Program-made: the position numbers and the translations under genes
DNA from: a virus
Taxonomy: Duplodnaviria; Caudoviricetes
Virus record (IMG/VR): IMGVR_UViG_3300027721_000019
Coordinates: 1 to 58,122 of that record
Strand: one strand, 5' to 3'
DNA: 58,122 nt
In this document: positions 10,117 to 19,279 of the stretch, piece by piece
Layout: every line of letters begins with the position of its first letter
Numbering within the stretch: the first letter of the stretch is position 1
Notes under the pieces: generated by a model
What the model was told of the DNA's origin: nothing
Seen by the model: only the letters and a program-made list of their open reading frames with translations
Databases searched by the model: none

Positions 10117-11010
10117 TTGGTGAACGGGTTATATACTAAATTAAAATTATTAGACAAAGAAATAATTCACGGGGAATTAAATGTAAAAGATTATAAAGTA
10201 ATTTTAAAGTGTTTATTAGGTGACACTCTAGATATACCTGCACTGTATTTAAATTTAAACAGTATCTTGTTAAAAATAACAAATCTTAAAGAAGATGAGT
10301 TATACAATCTTAATATAATAGAATACTTTTTATTACTATTGAGTATTAGATCTAATAGTATAGGGGGTATTATATTTGCTACATATAATGGTGAAAAGAA
10401 AATTAATTTACAGATACCACTTAATGAAATTATTGAAGAGTTAACTTTTTTTTTAGAAAACTATCAACCATTAGCAATTAATATAAAAAATGTCTCTACA
10501 ACAATAACTATACCTAAAATTAAAGAGTTTATATCGAAAGAGGATTTATCATTTACAAATAATATAATTGTAAATAGTAACACTACAATAGATATAGAAC
10601 AGTTACCTGTATGTGTTTACAAACAAATAAATGATAAAATAAACTTTTTAAAAAAAGACATAAACAATTTACATTTTTATAAACCGGTTGTAGAGGATTA
10701 TATTATTAAATTTTCATCTAATTTAAATGAGTATGGTTCATTAATAAAAATACTTTTTAATGAAAACTTATTATCGGTTTATGATAATATTTTCTATCTT
10801 AGCAAGGTAAGTAATTTTTCAGCCGAATATTTAGAAAATTGTACATACGGGGAGTTTAAATTGTTTGTTAAAAAGACAGAAAATTTATATAAAAATACTA
10901 CCTCTACACCTACTCAATCCTTACCTGTCGAAGACGAAATGGATCAAGTTGATATTGATTCATTATATGGAAGAGATTTGAATATAACTCCATCTGAATT
11001 TACACCTTAA
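10117..11010 (+). CDS. baseplate hub assembly protein, gp26/gp51-like
   Basis: LNIIEYFLLLLSIRSNSIG (gp26-like) and IFYLSK..NFSAEYLEN (gp51-like). Start is TTG 10117 or GTG 10120. Confidence 0.5.
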   Translation: MVNGLYTKLKLLDKEIIHGELNVKDYKVILKCLLGDTLDIPALYLNLNSILLKITNLKEDELYNLNIIEYFLLLLSIRSNSIGGIIFATYNGEKKINLQIPLNEIIEELTFFLENYQPLAINIKNVSTTITIPKIKEFISKEDLSFTNNIIVNSNTTIDIEQLPVCVYKQINDKINFLKKDINNLHFYKPVVEDYIIKFSSNLNEYGSLIKILFNENLLSVYDNIFYLSKVSNFSAEYLENCTYGEFKLFVKKTENLYKNTTSTPTQSLPVEDEMDQVDIDSLYGRDLNITPSEFTP

Positions 11011-11011
11011 T

Positions 11012-11566
11012 ATGTTTGATAAAGATTTTTCATATAACGTTTTTGTACCATCTTTAAAAGAATATGTAACATTTAAACCGCTACTTGTTAATCAATTTAA
11101 AGATTTAATAAACGAATCTTATAAGTTACCCTTTCTAAACATCGGTTTTAATTTGTCCTTAAACAAAATTATTAAAGATAATATTGTAACTGATACTGTC
11201 TTAACCGAATTTGATAAAGCTGTTATAGCTTTATACATTAGAAAAAATGATACGTTACTAGAAACAAATATACCCCCTAATATTAAAATACCTAGTATTA
11301 AAGCGCCAACACTAGAAAGAGAGAATAGCTATTTAAATTACGCTAAGAGTTTATTAGAAAATAACGCTACTACTGATGAGTTACTAGTTGCTGAAATAAC
11401 GAAATATATAGATAGTAAAATAGAATTTAAAGATAGTATAAAACAAGTAGCAGCACTACCAATAGAAGAGTTAGCTAATATAGTAAAAAATATAGATATT
11501 ATTAAAGCAGATATCTCAAAGTTATATGAGCAGATACCGTATAACATATCAATGTTTATAGAATAG
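11012..11566 (+). CDS. baseplate hub assembly chaperone, gp26-like
   Basis: VPSLKEYVTFKPLLVNQFKDL and LTEFDKAVIALYIR match the gp26 N-terminal pattern. Confidence 0.5.
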   Translation: MFDKDFSYNVFVPSLKEYVTFKPLLVNQFKDLINESYKLPFLNIGFNLSLNKIIKDNIVTDTVLTEFDKAVIALYIRKNDTLLETNIPPNIKIPSIKAPTLERENSYLNYAKSLLENNATTDELLVAEITKYIDSKIEFKDSIKQVAALPIEELANIVKNIDIIKADISKLYEQIPYNISMFIE

Positions 11567-11590
11567 TAATTTCTACCAATAAATACATAT

Positions 11591-12802
11591 ATGGTAGAAG
11601 CCCCGGAAAAAAGTATAGCTGATAAACTATTAGAGATATTAGGTAATGACTCAAGTACCGTAGCTCCTTATACGTCTGTTCAAGAACCTACATCCTCTGT
11701 TGTTGAACCTGTACCTACTACCCCGGTAAACAACATTGAACCGAGAAATATTGAAGATTCTACACCTATTACCGTCAATACCGAGATTGAAGATAATACT
11801 AAGGAAGAAGCTGAACATGTACCTAGCAACCCTATAGCTTCAGTAAAACCCCCTACTATAGAACCTGTAAATACTCCAATAATAAAAGAGGTACCAGTAC
11901 CTGTTATTCAAGACAATAATATACCAATAGATACTATTATAGAAGAAATTACATCTAATTTACAAGATACGTTAAGTAAGCAACAAATCCCTGCCCCTGA
12001 ATTACCTAAAGTTGATACAAATACTATTCAACCTACTGAAAATAAAAAAGTAACTACCGAACTATATACACCTACTGTAGATAATATAGTAGATAAAATA
12101 TCAAACGAATTTCAATCTCCAGTAAAACTACTCCCTGTAGATAGTATAGTTAATAAAATTTCTAATGAAGTTCAAACTACAGCAAAAGACACTTCAGTAG
12201 ATAGTATAATTGATAAAATATCTAACGTACCACAGATCCCTGTAAAGCTACCTACTGTAGATAGTATAATTGATAAAATATCTAACGAAACTCAAACTCC
12301 TCTAACAGCACCTAAAACTGATAACATAATTGATAAAATATCTAACGAAACTCAAACTCCTCTAACAGCACCTAAAACTGATAACATAATTGATAAAATA
12401 TCAAATGAGTATCAATCTTCTAAAAAAGAAGAACTACCTACTTCAAAAATTGAACCAACAGTACCTAATACGGAAAATATAACACCAGCCTTTTTACAGC
12501 CCTCCCAGATTAACTCTACAGTAGAACCAAATAACGAATCTACTCTTAATAATGTACCTTTAGATAACCCTAAATTTGATATAATTGCTGATAATACAAA
12601 TCAAACAAATAAACTGTTAGAAAATTTAACTAAGGCTATGTATATGTTTGCTGCTAGTAAAGGAGATAATACACCCGCTATGCCACCTATACCTGTCCAG
12701 GTACCGAGTAGTGCACCAACCAGTAGTCTTAATGCTGTACCTGAGTCTGTTAATGCTACCTATAGCGGTATGATACCAACTATACGTAGTAGATTTGTTT
12801 AA
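11591..12802 (+). CDS. Pro/Thr-rich repeat protein, possible tape-measure/gp29-position protein
   Basis: Lies between gp26-like and gp48-like genes; C-terminal IADNTNQTNKLLENL helix; internal 20-aa repeats. Confidence 0.35.
   Translation: MVEAPEKSIADKLLEILGNDSSTVAPYTSVQEPTSSVVEPVPTTPVNNIEPRNIEDSTPITVNTEIEDNTKEEAEHVPSNPIASVKPPTIEPVNTPIIKEVPVPVIQDNNIPIDTIIEEITSNLQDTLSKQQIPAPELPKVDTNTIQPTENKKVTTELYTPTVDNIVDKISNEFQSPVKLLPVDSIVNKISNEVQTTAKDTSVDSIIDKISNVPQIPVKLPTVDSIIDKISNETQTPLTAPKTDNIIDKISNETQTPLTAPKTDNIIDKISNEYQSSKKEELPTSKIEPTVPNTENITPAFLQPSQINSTVEPNNESTLNNVPLDNPKFDIIADNTNQTNKLLENLTKAMYMFAASKGDNTPAMPPIPVQVPSSAPTSSLNAVPESVNATYSGMIPTIRSRFV
12071..12420 (+). repeat. 60-bp (20-aa) tandem repeat, about 6 copies
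   Basis: Consecutive 60-nt units share GATA.TATA.T.GATAAAATATC.AA.GA (D(S/N)I(I/V)DKISNE); 12266-12402 is a perfect 60-nt-period duplication. Confidence 0.92.
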
Positions 12803-12807
12803 AACAT

Positions 12808-13917
12808 ATGCCATTTTTATACAACAGAACGAACATAACAACTATACCTGTAGGTTATACTCCTGGTAAGCTTGCTAGAGAGTTAAAGCCTGTAACACCC
12901 GGTGTACCCATAGATGTTATTAGGGATTTTCCTTGGACGTTAACACCTTTAAACGATAAAACTGTAGCTAATGTACCTGTTATATATTTAAACGAATATT
13001 ATCAAATTGAATCTCAGCTTAATCAATCCTTACTACCGTACGGTAAGGATATACCTAAGTTAGAAAGTAACGCTACAGGTTTCCAAGGTTTAATAAATAC
13101 TGTTGGCTCATTAGCAAATTTTATAAATGTAAATAATAATACACCTTATCTATATGAAGGTTTATTCGATCATTTACATCCAGGTTTTAAATACACATTT
13201 CCTAATTTTTCAAAAACATTTTATGATATCGGTAACACGTGGGAAAGAACAGATATATTAGATACGTTATTAGATTTATCTGAACAAATAGGTGGTTTAG
13301 GACAAAAAGGTTTAGCATCGACAGCACAAAGTGGAGCAAAAAAGCTTAAAGTTGCCGGAGATCTAATAGATATTATAAATAAGCTGCCCAGACAGTTAAA
13401 AAATCTCGAGCTGTTTAATTTAGCATCAAGTAACCCTACAGTCGGTTTAATGGACCCGCCAAGTATTTGGCAATCTACCGACAAGCGAACTATTACTTTT
13501 GAATTCCCTCTTTACAATATAAATGTTTTTAAAAATAATACCTCCAATGACACTATTATTAAAAATTGGGAACTATGCTACTTGTTAACATATCAAAATT
13601 TAGTAAATAAAAAGAATTTCTATACTGGTATACCACCTGTTTTTTATGAAGTTATAATACCTGGTGTTCATTATTGTAAAGCGAGTTATATGAGCAATAT
13701 AAACATAAGCAACGTAGGTAATATTAGAAATTTAATATTAGATATTAACGGCAATACAGGGGTAAGTGTTAACGTGCCCGATGCTTATATGATATCTATT
13801 ACTCTCACCGATCTACTCATGCCGAGTAAAAATTTACTTAACGCATCTTTAGATCTTACAGTTACTAGTAGTAATATAGCTACGACAAATAGTTTAATTA
13901 GTAGAAGCAGAGAATAA
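12808..13917 (+). CDS. baseplate tail-tube cap-like protein, gp48-like (paralog 1)
   Basis: PSIWQSTDKRTITFEFPLYN...PPVFYEVIIPG...YMSNINI...ISITLTDL tube-like pattern; position before gp53. Confidence 0.5.
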   Translation: MPFLYNRTNITTIPVGYTPGKLARELKPVTPGVPIDVIRDFPWTLTPLNDKTVANVPVIYLNEYYQIESQLNQSLLPYGKDIPKLESNATGFQGLINTVGSLANFINVNNNTPYLYEGLFDHLHPGFKYTFPNFSKTFYDIGNTWERTDILDTLLDLSEQIGGLGQKGLASTAQSGAKKLKVAGDLIDIINKLPRQLKNLELFNLASSNPTVGLMDPPSIWQSTDKRTITFEFPLYNINVFKNNTSNDTIIKNWELCYLLTYQNLVNKKNFYTGIPPVFYEVIIPGVHYCKASYMSNINISNVGNIRNLILDINGNTGVSVNVPDAYMISITLTDLLMPSKNLLNASLDLTVTSSNIATTNSLISRSRE

Positions 13918-13921
13918 AAAT

Positions 13922-15289
13922 ATGATCACTTCAACATCTCTTTATAGAAAAATACCTCAAGCTGATCTTGCTAAGGAGGGCATAAGGACTCAATATGCAA
14001 ATGACCTTGGTAAGTTAGCTGATGCTATAGTTCCAGGTTTAGGGACTGACGGCAATATTGATGTTGTTAGAGATTTTCCTTGGACGTTAACCCCAGTAGG
14101 AGGCCCAGCAAGAGCTGAAGCTCCGTATATTATTTTAAAAGAGTACTATCTACTTGATTCGTTAATAAATCAATCAATTGCTGCGTACGGCTTAAAAATT
14201 GAACCAGGAGCTAATTTAACAGATATTCCCGCTACCTTATTTGCAAATTTATATTCAGCTAGTTTACTCGGAGATCAATTGTACGAAGGACTTTATGATT
14301 TAAATGATTCAGGACCAAATAGAAATTTTACAGGGTTTAAATATACATTACCTTTCTTTAGTAGTGATTATCTAACAACAAACAATACATGGATAGCAAA
14401 GCCGATGTATGAAGAAATTATACAACTACAAAAATATTTAGCACAAGTAGGAGGAGGAGCATCAGGGTTAGGTGCCAGCATTATAAAAGGCGCGGTAACA
14501 GGAGCGACAGCCGCCGCCGTACCCGCCGCTGGAGCATTACTTGTACCCGGTGTAGGTATACCAGTAGGTGTTGGAGCTATTTTAGCAGGTGCCGGAATAG
14601 GTGCAGCAAAGGGCCTATTAAATTCAGCAGATTCAGCAAAAGTAGGAGCTAAGTTAGCTGAACAAGCTGTTGCATATAAAAGATTAGAACAGCAGCTTGA
14701 AATAGGATTGAATAGCGGTGTAGGTAAGTTAGGAGATCCAGCTTTAGATAAACCTCAGGTTTGGAGTACAACTCAACCTCGTACTCATAATGTTTCTTTT
14801 CCTCTATTCAATACTGTAGACTTTGCTTCTCTTGTTAAAAATTGGGAATTATGTCATCTACTATGCTATCAAAATTTATATAATAAAAGAAACTTATTTA
14901 CAGGGTTACCTCCCGTATATTACGAAATTACTATTCCGGGTGTTCACTATTGTAAGGCTGGTTATATAAGCAAACTTAATATATCAAATATTGGAAATAT
15001 GCATAGAATTGAATTACCTGTAGGTCCCGGAGGTACTTCCTTACTGGTAAATATACCAGATGCTTATCTTGTTAATTTAGCAATTAATGATTTCTTTATA
15101 CCGAGTAAAAACTTTTTAGATGTATTAACATCTGATAAAAGTAGAGTTAGCTCTTCTGCTACTAATTTTAATAATGTTATTGATACAAATAAAAAAGAAG
15201 ATGAAAGTCTTAAAAACACCGGAAGTTATTCACCCACAGGGCCTCTTGCTGGATACGGAACATCTTTTTCACCAGCATCTTTACAATAA
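13922..15289 (+). CDS. baseplate tail-tube cap-like protein, gp48-like (paralog 2)
   Basis: Clear paralog of 12808 (IDVVRDFPWTLTP, KNWELC.LL.YQNL.NK.N, IPGVHYCKA, PDAY, PSKN) with a Gly/Ala-rich insertion. Confidence 0.5.
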   Translation: MITSTSLYRKIPQADLAKEGIRTQYANDLGKLADAIVPGLGTDGNIDVVRDFPWTLTPVGGPARAEAPYIILKEYYLLDSLINQSIAAYGLKIEPGANLTDIPATLFANLYSASLLGDQLYEGLYDLNDSGPNRNFTGFKYTLPFFSSDYLTTNNTWIAKPMYEEIIQLQKYLAQVGGGASGLGASIIKGAVTGATAAAVPAAGALLVPGVGIPVGVGAILAGAGIGAAKGLLNSADSAKVGAKLAEQAVAYKRLEQQLEIGLNSGVGKLGDPALDKPQVWSTTQPRTHNVSFPLFNTVDFASLVKNWELCHLLCYQNLYNKRNLFTGLPPVYYEITIPGVHYCKAGYISKLNISNIGNMHRIELPVGPGGTSLLVNIPDAYLVNLAINDFFIPSKNFLDVLTSDKSRVSSSATNFNNVIDTNKKEDESLKNTGSYSPTGPLAGYGTSFSPASLQ

Positions 15290-15300
15290 TGCAAAACAAT

Positions 15301-15308
15301 TATAAATA
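15301..15308 (+). promoter_or_regulatory. T4-type late promoter (TATAAATA)
   Basis: Exact consensus, 5 nt before ATG 15314. Confidence 0.7.
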
Positions 15309-15313
15309 TCTAT

Positions 15314-15658
15314 ATGAATCAGAATAACGTAAAAGATCTACCTAATTTAACACAAGATAGATATGAAAATATCTTTAACGTGTATTCTGACGATAATAAT
15401 CTTTATTACTATAATTTACTGCAGTCTGTCGTATTACCGACAAATTTACCTGAGTCGTTCTTTACTCAGTATGTAACCGTTCCTGGAGATACTTTACCGT
15501 TTATAGCTTATAAAAATTATGGTACTATTAATTTATGGTGGGTTATTTGCGTAGCTAATAATATTACAAATCCTATTGACCCTTTAGATTCAGGTATTGT
15601 TTTAAAAATGCCTAATACATCTGTTGTTAGAGAAATACTCAAACAAATAAATTCCTAA
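15314..15658 (+). CDS. gp53: baseplate wedge protein, gp53-like (LysM fold)
   Basis: YVTVPGDTLPFIAYKNYGTINLWWVICVANNITNP...GIVLKMP. Confidence 0.85.
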   Translation: MNQNNVKDLPNLTQDRYENIFNVYSDDNNLYYYNLLQSVVLPTNLPESFFTQYVTVPGDTLPFIAYKNYGTINLWWVICVANNITNPIDPLDSGIVLKMPNTSVVREILKQINS

Positions 15659-15662
15659 TACC

Positions 15663-17444
15663 GTGGCATCTAATTCACCATTTTTATCACCTTCCCCTAT
15701 TGTTACTGAAGTAGGTTCTTCTTTTAGACCTATTCAACAACCGTTAGTTTTTCAGGCTACCGGCCTAGGCCCTCAAGATGTAAAGATTGAATCAACAAAT
15801 TTTATTAGTCAATATGCTCTTAATGGGCACATGCATGAACTCGAATTATGTATTATTAATGAATCCGGTATTTACGGAATATCCCCAACAAGTATTATAT
15901 CTTTAAATATAGAAAATACGCTTTCTAATTGGGTAGTAACAGGGGACATAACTGTATTTTATAATGCTGAATTAGCTGAAGCTTTCAATAAAACAAATAA
16001 CAAAAATTTTGTTTTTCGTAATGACGGTAATGATTATCTAAGATTAAGATTAGTACCATTAGATATACCTGTTAGAGGTAATACTATTGATGCTAAAAAT
16101 AAAGCATTTTGGGAATTAAATTTTTTGTTTGCTATACATAATGTTGAAGATGTTACTCAACAAACAGGTGGTAATTCACAGTCACAAATTTTAAAGAAAT
16201 ATAAGAAGTTTTCTTTTTGGGATGTACGCTATCAAAAAATGTTAACTAGGAATATTGAATACTCAACAGCAACGAGTAGTTTTAATTCCACAGCAAATAC
16301 AACATCTCCAGTACCTGATGACGATAGATCATTACCGACAGATATAGCTATATATGATATTATTAAAAAAGCTTTAGATAATGACCCGTTATTAACCAAA
16401 ACAGGATATGAAAGAGATCCTGCTAATAATTGGGATAATGGGGCTACAAGATTATTTTATACCTCTCCAGCCGGTGATAGCGCCTTTGATAGCTTAATGT
16501 ATGTATTTAGTAGACATACAAGTAGGGTAACTGACGGTACATCAGCAAACGATTTTGCTATCTTAAAAATTGAAAGAGGTACAAACGACTTAGGTTATTT
16601 TTCTCTTAGACCTTTATCTAAATATTTTGAAAATGCTGGTTCCGGTCCTGATGCACCTGGTAAATTTCAAATAGAGCATTTTTTCTTACAAGCAAATACT
16701 CAAAATAGTAATACAATAGGTTTACATCGAGCCCCTATTTCAAACAACTATCTTGATAGAGATTTAAAATTTAGAGATTACAGTAATATTTTAAAATACG
16801 AATTTGTTGATATATCCCCGCTTATGAATGCGTCTCAATTCGTAACAACACCTGTTTTTTCCTTTGATTTTAAAAATAGACAATATAATGCTGAATTTAA
16901 AAATACTTCTATTAAAAAAACAACACCGTCTAATTTAAATGGTGAACTAACCAACACGGTAGAAAATTTTATAGATGTAAAGTATATCAATCAACTCTTT
17001 AGAAGAGTTAATGATGCCAATAGTAAATTTTTAATAGAAACTAATAGTTACGAAAAACAAAATAATCTTAGTATTAATCCTGTATATTCTTTATATGGGG
17101 ATAGAAATACACCTGAAATTCGTAACCCAGACGGATTCCATAAATTATTACGTACAGGTATATTTCAAAATACTGCTATAAACTTTACTGTCCCAGGACT
17201 TACAATGAGAGAACCAGGTAGATTTATAGCTATCGATCGACCTGAAGGTACATCGACAGGTGATATAGCTAGTGTAGATGATAAGCTTTGCGGCCAGTGG
17301 TTTGTTATTAATGTTGTACATACTATATCAAACGGCGCTTACTATAATAATATTACTGCCGTTAAGATACATAGACATCAATCTATAAATTTCTTTAACA
17401 ATAGCACAAGTTTTTCAGACCTTACAAAACAGTTTAAACTATAA
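15663..17444 (+). CDS. baseplate hub protein, gp27/gpD-like
   Basis: SLNIENTL..WVVTGDI N-terminus; FTVPGLTMREPGRFIAI...GQWFVINVVHTI...YYNNITAVK C-terminus typical of hub proteins. Confidence 0.6.
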   Translation: MASNSPFLSPSPIVTEVGSSFRPIQQPLVFQATGLGPQDVKIESTNFISQYALNGHMHELELCIINESGIYGISPTSIISLNIENTLSNWVVTGDITVFYNAELAEAFNKTNNKNFVFRNDGNDYLRLRLVPLDIPVRGNTIDAKNKAFWELNFLFAIHNVEDVTQQTGGNSQSQILKKYKKFSFWDVRYQKMLTRNIEYSTATSSFNSTANTTSPVPDDDRSLPTDIAIYDIIKKALDNDPLLTKTGYERDPANNWDNGATRLFYTSPAGDSAFDSLMYVFSRHTSRVTDGTSANDFAILKIERGTNDLGYFSLRPLSKYFENAGSGPDAPGKFQIEHFFLQANTQNSNTIGLHRAPISNNYLDRDLKFRDYSNILKYEFVDISPLMNASQFVTTPVFSFDFKNRQYNAEFKNTSIKKTTPSNLNGELTNTVENFIDVKYINQLFRRVNDANSKFLIETNSYEKQNNLSINPVYSLYGDRNTPEIRNPDGFHKLLRTGIFQNTAINFTVPGLTMREPGRFIAIDRPEGTSTGDIASVDDKLCGQWFVINVVHTISNGAYYNNITAVKIHRHQSINFFNNSTSFSDLTKQFKL

Positions 17445-17455
17445 TAATTACTAAT

Positions 17456-17692
17456 ATGCAAAAGTACTTTAGTAGTATCGATTTAGTCAATGGTTTATTT
17501 GTTGGAACAATATTTAACACCAATACTAATTCAGAAGTTTATAAAACAAAACCTTACGAAGAACAGTCTCAAGTCTTACAAGATATTAATATATATGTAC
17601 AGACGGCTAACCCACCAACATCAGAACCTACACCCTTAATTAGTACCGTTCAGTATACCACTGTACCTACTCGCAAATGTTGCGGAGGTTAA
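17456..17692 (+). CDS. small hypothetical protein ending in RKCCGG
   Basis: 78-aa ORF directly after the hub gene; 3' end overlaps the convergent gp44. Confidence 0.6.
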   Translation: MQKYFSSIDLVNGLFVGTIFNTNTNSEVYKTKPYEEQSQVLQDINIYVQTANPPTSEPTPLISTVQYTTVPTRKCCGG

Positions 17693-18581
17693 TACAACAG
17701 CTAAACCAATTAATCTCTTTATCAACAACAATACTATCCTTGTACATATATTCTGAAATTAGTACAAGTTGATCCCCGTTACAGTTTTCGTTGAATATTA
17801 CTTCAAACATCTCCTTTAATAGGTGTAGATAATCCCCAGAGAATTCTTGTTCACGCTCAATAACAAACTTACGTAACTCTGTTAAGTCTGTCTTCGCTTT
17901 AATCTTCTGTATTACCTTATCAGCTAATCCTCTAATTTGATTATCCTTAATAACAAGAGTTCCTGTATAAGAGAACTTCTGAATATCGTTAATAATACGA
18001 CGAAGATCAGGATAACCGTTTCTAACTAGTTCTACTAGTCTATTCTTCTCTTCATCAGGAACCGCGATGTTCTGTTGTTTAAGGACATAAACAACCCTAT
18101 TTAAAACACCGTTTAAAGGAGGAGTTAGATTAAAGATCTGACACCTAGACTGAAGAGCGGGTATTACTTTAAAGAGATAATTACATGTAAAGATAAAACG
18201 AGTATTAGTAGAAAATTCTTCAATAACATTACGAAGAGCTTTTTGAGAGTCTAATGATAGAGCATCACACTCGTCAAAAAGAACCACCTTTAACTTACCA
18301 TCTAAAGACTTCGTAGATGAGAAACCAATAACTTTACTTCTAATAGTATCAATACCGTTTTCATCAGAAGCGTTAATATAAAGATATTGACAATCAAGAA
18401 TATTATTTACAATAATCTTAGCCAGAGATGTTTTACCTGTCCCGGGAGAACCTGCAAAAAGAAGATTAGGAATCTCTTCTTTCTCTTTTAAAGAAGTAAA
18501 GTAATCCCTCTCCTCTTTATTTAGAACAATATCATCTAGCGTCTTAGGACGAAATTTCTCTACTAATAGTTCTTGAAACAT
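17667..18581 (-). CDS. gp44: clamp loader large subunit (RFC-like AAA+)
   Basis: EKFRPKTLDD, GSPGTGKT, INASDENGIDTIR, DECD, SRC, PDLRR. Confidence 0.93.
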   Translation of the reverse strand: MFQELLVEKFRPKTLDDIVLNKEERDYFTSLKEKEEIPNLLFAGSPGTGKTSLAKIIVNNILDCQYLYINASDENGIDTIRSKVIGFSSTKSLDGKLKVVLFDECDALSLDSQKALRNVIEEFSTNTRFIFTCNYLFKVIPALQSRCQIFNLTPPLNGVLNRVVYVLKQQNIAVPDEEKNRLVELVRNGYPDLRRIINDIQKFSYTGTLVIKDNQIRGLADKVIQKIKAKTDLTELRKFVIEREQEFSGDYLHLLKEMFEVIFNENCNGDQLVLISEYMYKDSIVVDKEINWFSCCINLRNICE

Positions 18582-18596
18582 GAAGCTATTATACGC

Positions 18597-19067
18597 TTAC
18601 TTACCAGAAGATCCAAAACCTTTTTCACCTCTTTCAGTTTCTGTAGCTTCTTCAGTAAACTTTGTATCAGCTACAATAAGAGGGTAGAGTACTAATTGAG
18701 CTACTCGATCACCTTTTCTTACTTGATAATCAACATCAGAGTTATTAAGAAGTCTAATACCCATATTTCCCCGATATTGATTATCGATAATACCTGGAAA
18801 TGCTGAAATAGAATGCTTAAACTGTAGACCTGAACGACTTTCTATTCTTATCCATAAGCCAGGAGGTACAAAACCAAGCTTTAAACCTACAGGAGCTAAT
18901 GCTGAGCCTCTAGCAGGTACTATAAGATCTTCTACAGCTGTTACATCGTAACCTGTATCTCCTGTTAGTACGTCCTTGTGATTACGTTCAGGAAGAATAG
19001 CATCAGGATGCGTCTTAACAAACGACACTGATTTAAACTCCGAGTATGTATAATTTGTATTACTCAT
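18597..19067 (-). CDS. dut: trimeric dUTPase
   Basis: GYDV, SRSGL, GIIDNQYRG, RVAQLV, RGEKGFGSSG. ATG at 19067 preferred because it is coupled to the upstream ORF. Confidence 0.95.
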   Translation of the reverse strand: MSNTNYTYSEFKSVSFVKTHPDAILPERNHKDVLTGDTGYDVTAVEDLIVPARGSALAPVGLKLGFVPPGLWIRIESRSGLQFKHSISAFPGIIDNQYRGNMGIRLLNNSDVDYQVRKGDRVAQLVLYPLIVADTKFTEEATETERGEKGFGSSGK

Positions 19068-19224
19068 TAATAAGCTGGCGTCCGGTATACTCACCTTGCT
19101 TTACTTCACCAATTGGCGTTTGACCAGGCCTTACGGCGTTAGCTTGAAGCCAGGCAATAAGCTGATCAGTCTTTTCTCTAGGAACAATAAAGGTTCCGTA
19201 CATAGTATTTACAGTAATTTCCAT
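19060..19224 (-). CDS. small hypothetical protein (54 aa), not in the ORF track
   Basis: MEITVNTMYGTFIVPREKTDQLIAWLQANAVRPGQTPIGEVKQGEYTGRQLINE*; ATGAGTAA overlap with the dut start; promoter immediately upstream. Confidence 0.7.
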   Translation of the reverse strand: MEITVNTMYGTFIVPREKTDQLIAWLQANAVRPGQTPIGEVKQGEYTGRQLINE

Positions 19225-19231
19225 ATACAAT

Positions 19232-19259
19232 ATATTAGCTTATAGTTTAAGAATATCAA
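19232..19259 (-). promoter_or_regulatory. sigma70-type promoter for the small ORF-dut-gp44 operon
   Basis: Minus-strand TTGATA, 16-nt spacer, TAATAT, 7 nt before ATG 19224. Confidence 0.45.
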
Positions 19260-19279
19260 CTACCTGCTTAAGTATTGTA

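Noticed and set aside
12071-12420. Regular 60-bp repeats as a possible CRISPR array
   Set aside because: In-frame coding repeats with synonymous-type variation and related spacers; no cas genes
6372-17444. Bacterial contractile injection system (eCIS/tailocin) interpretation
   Set aside because: Capsid, protease, terminase, neck and replication genes are all present, so this is a phage
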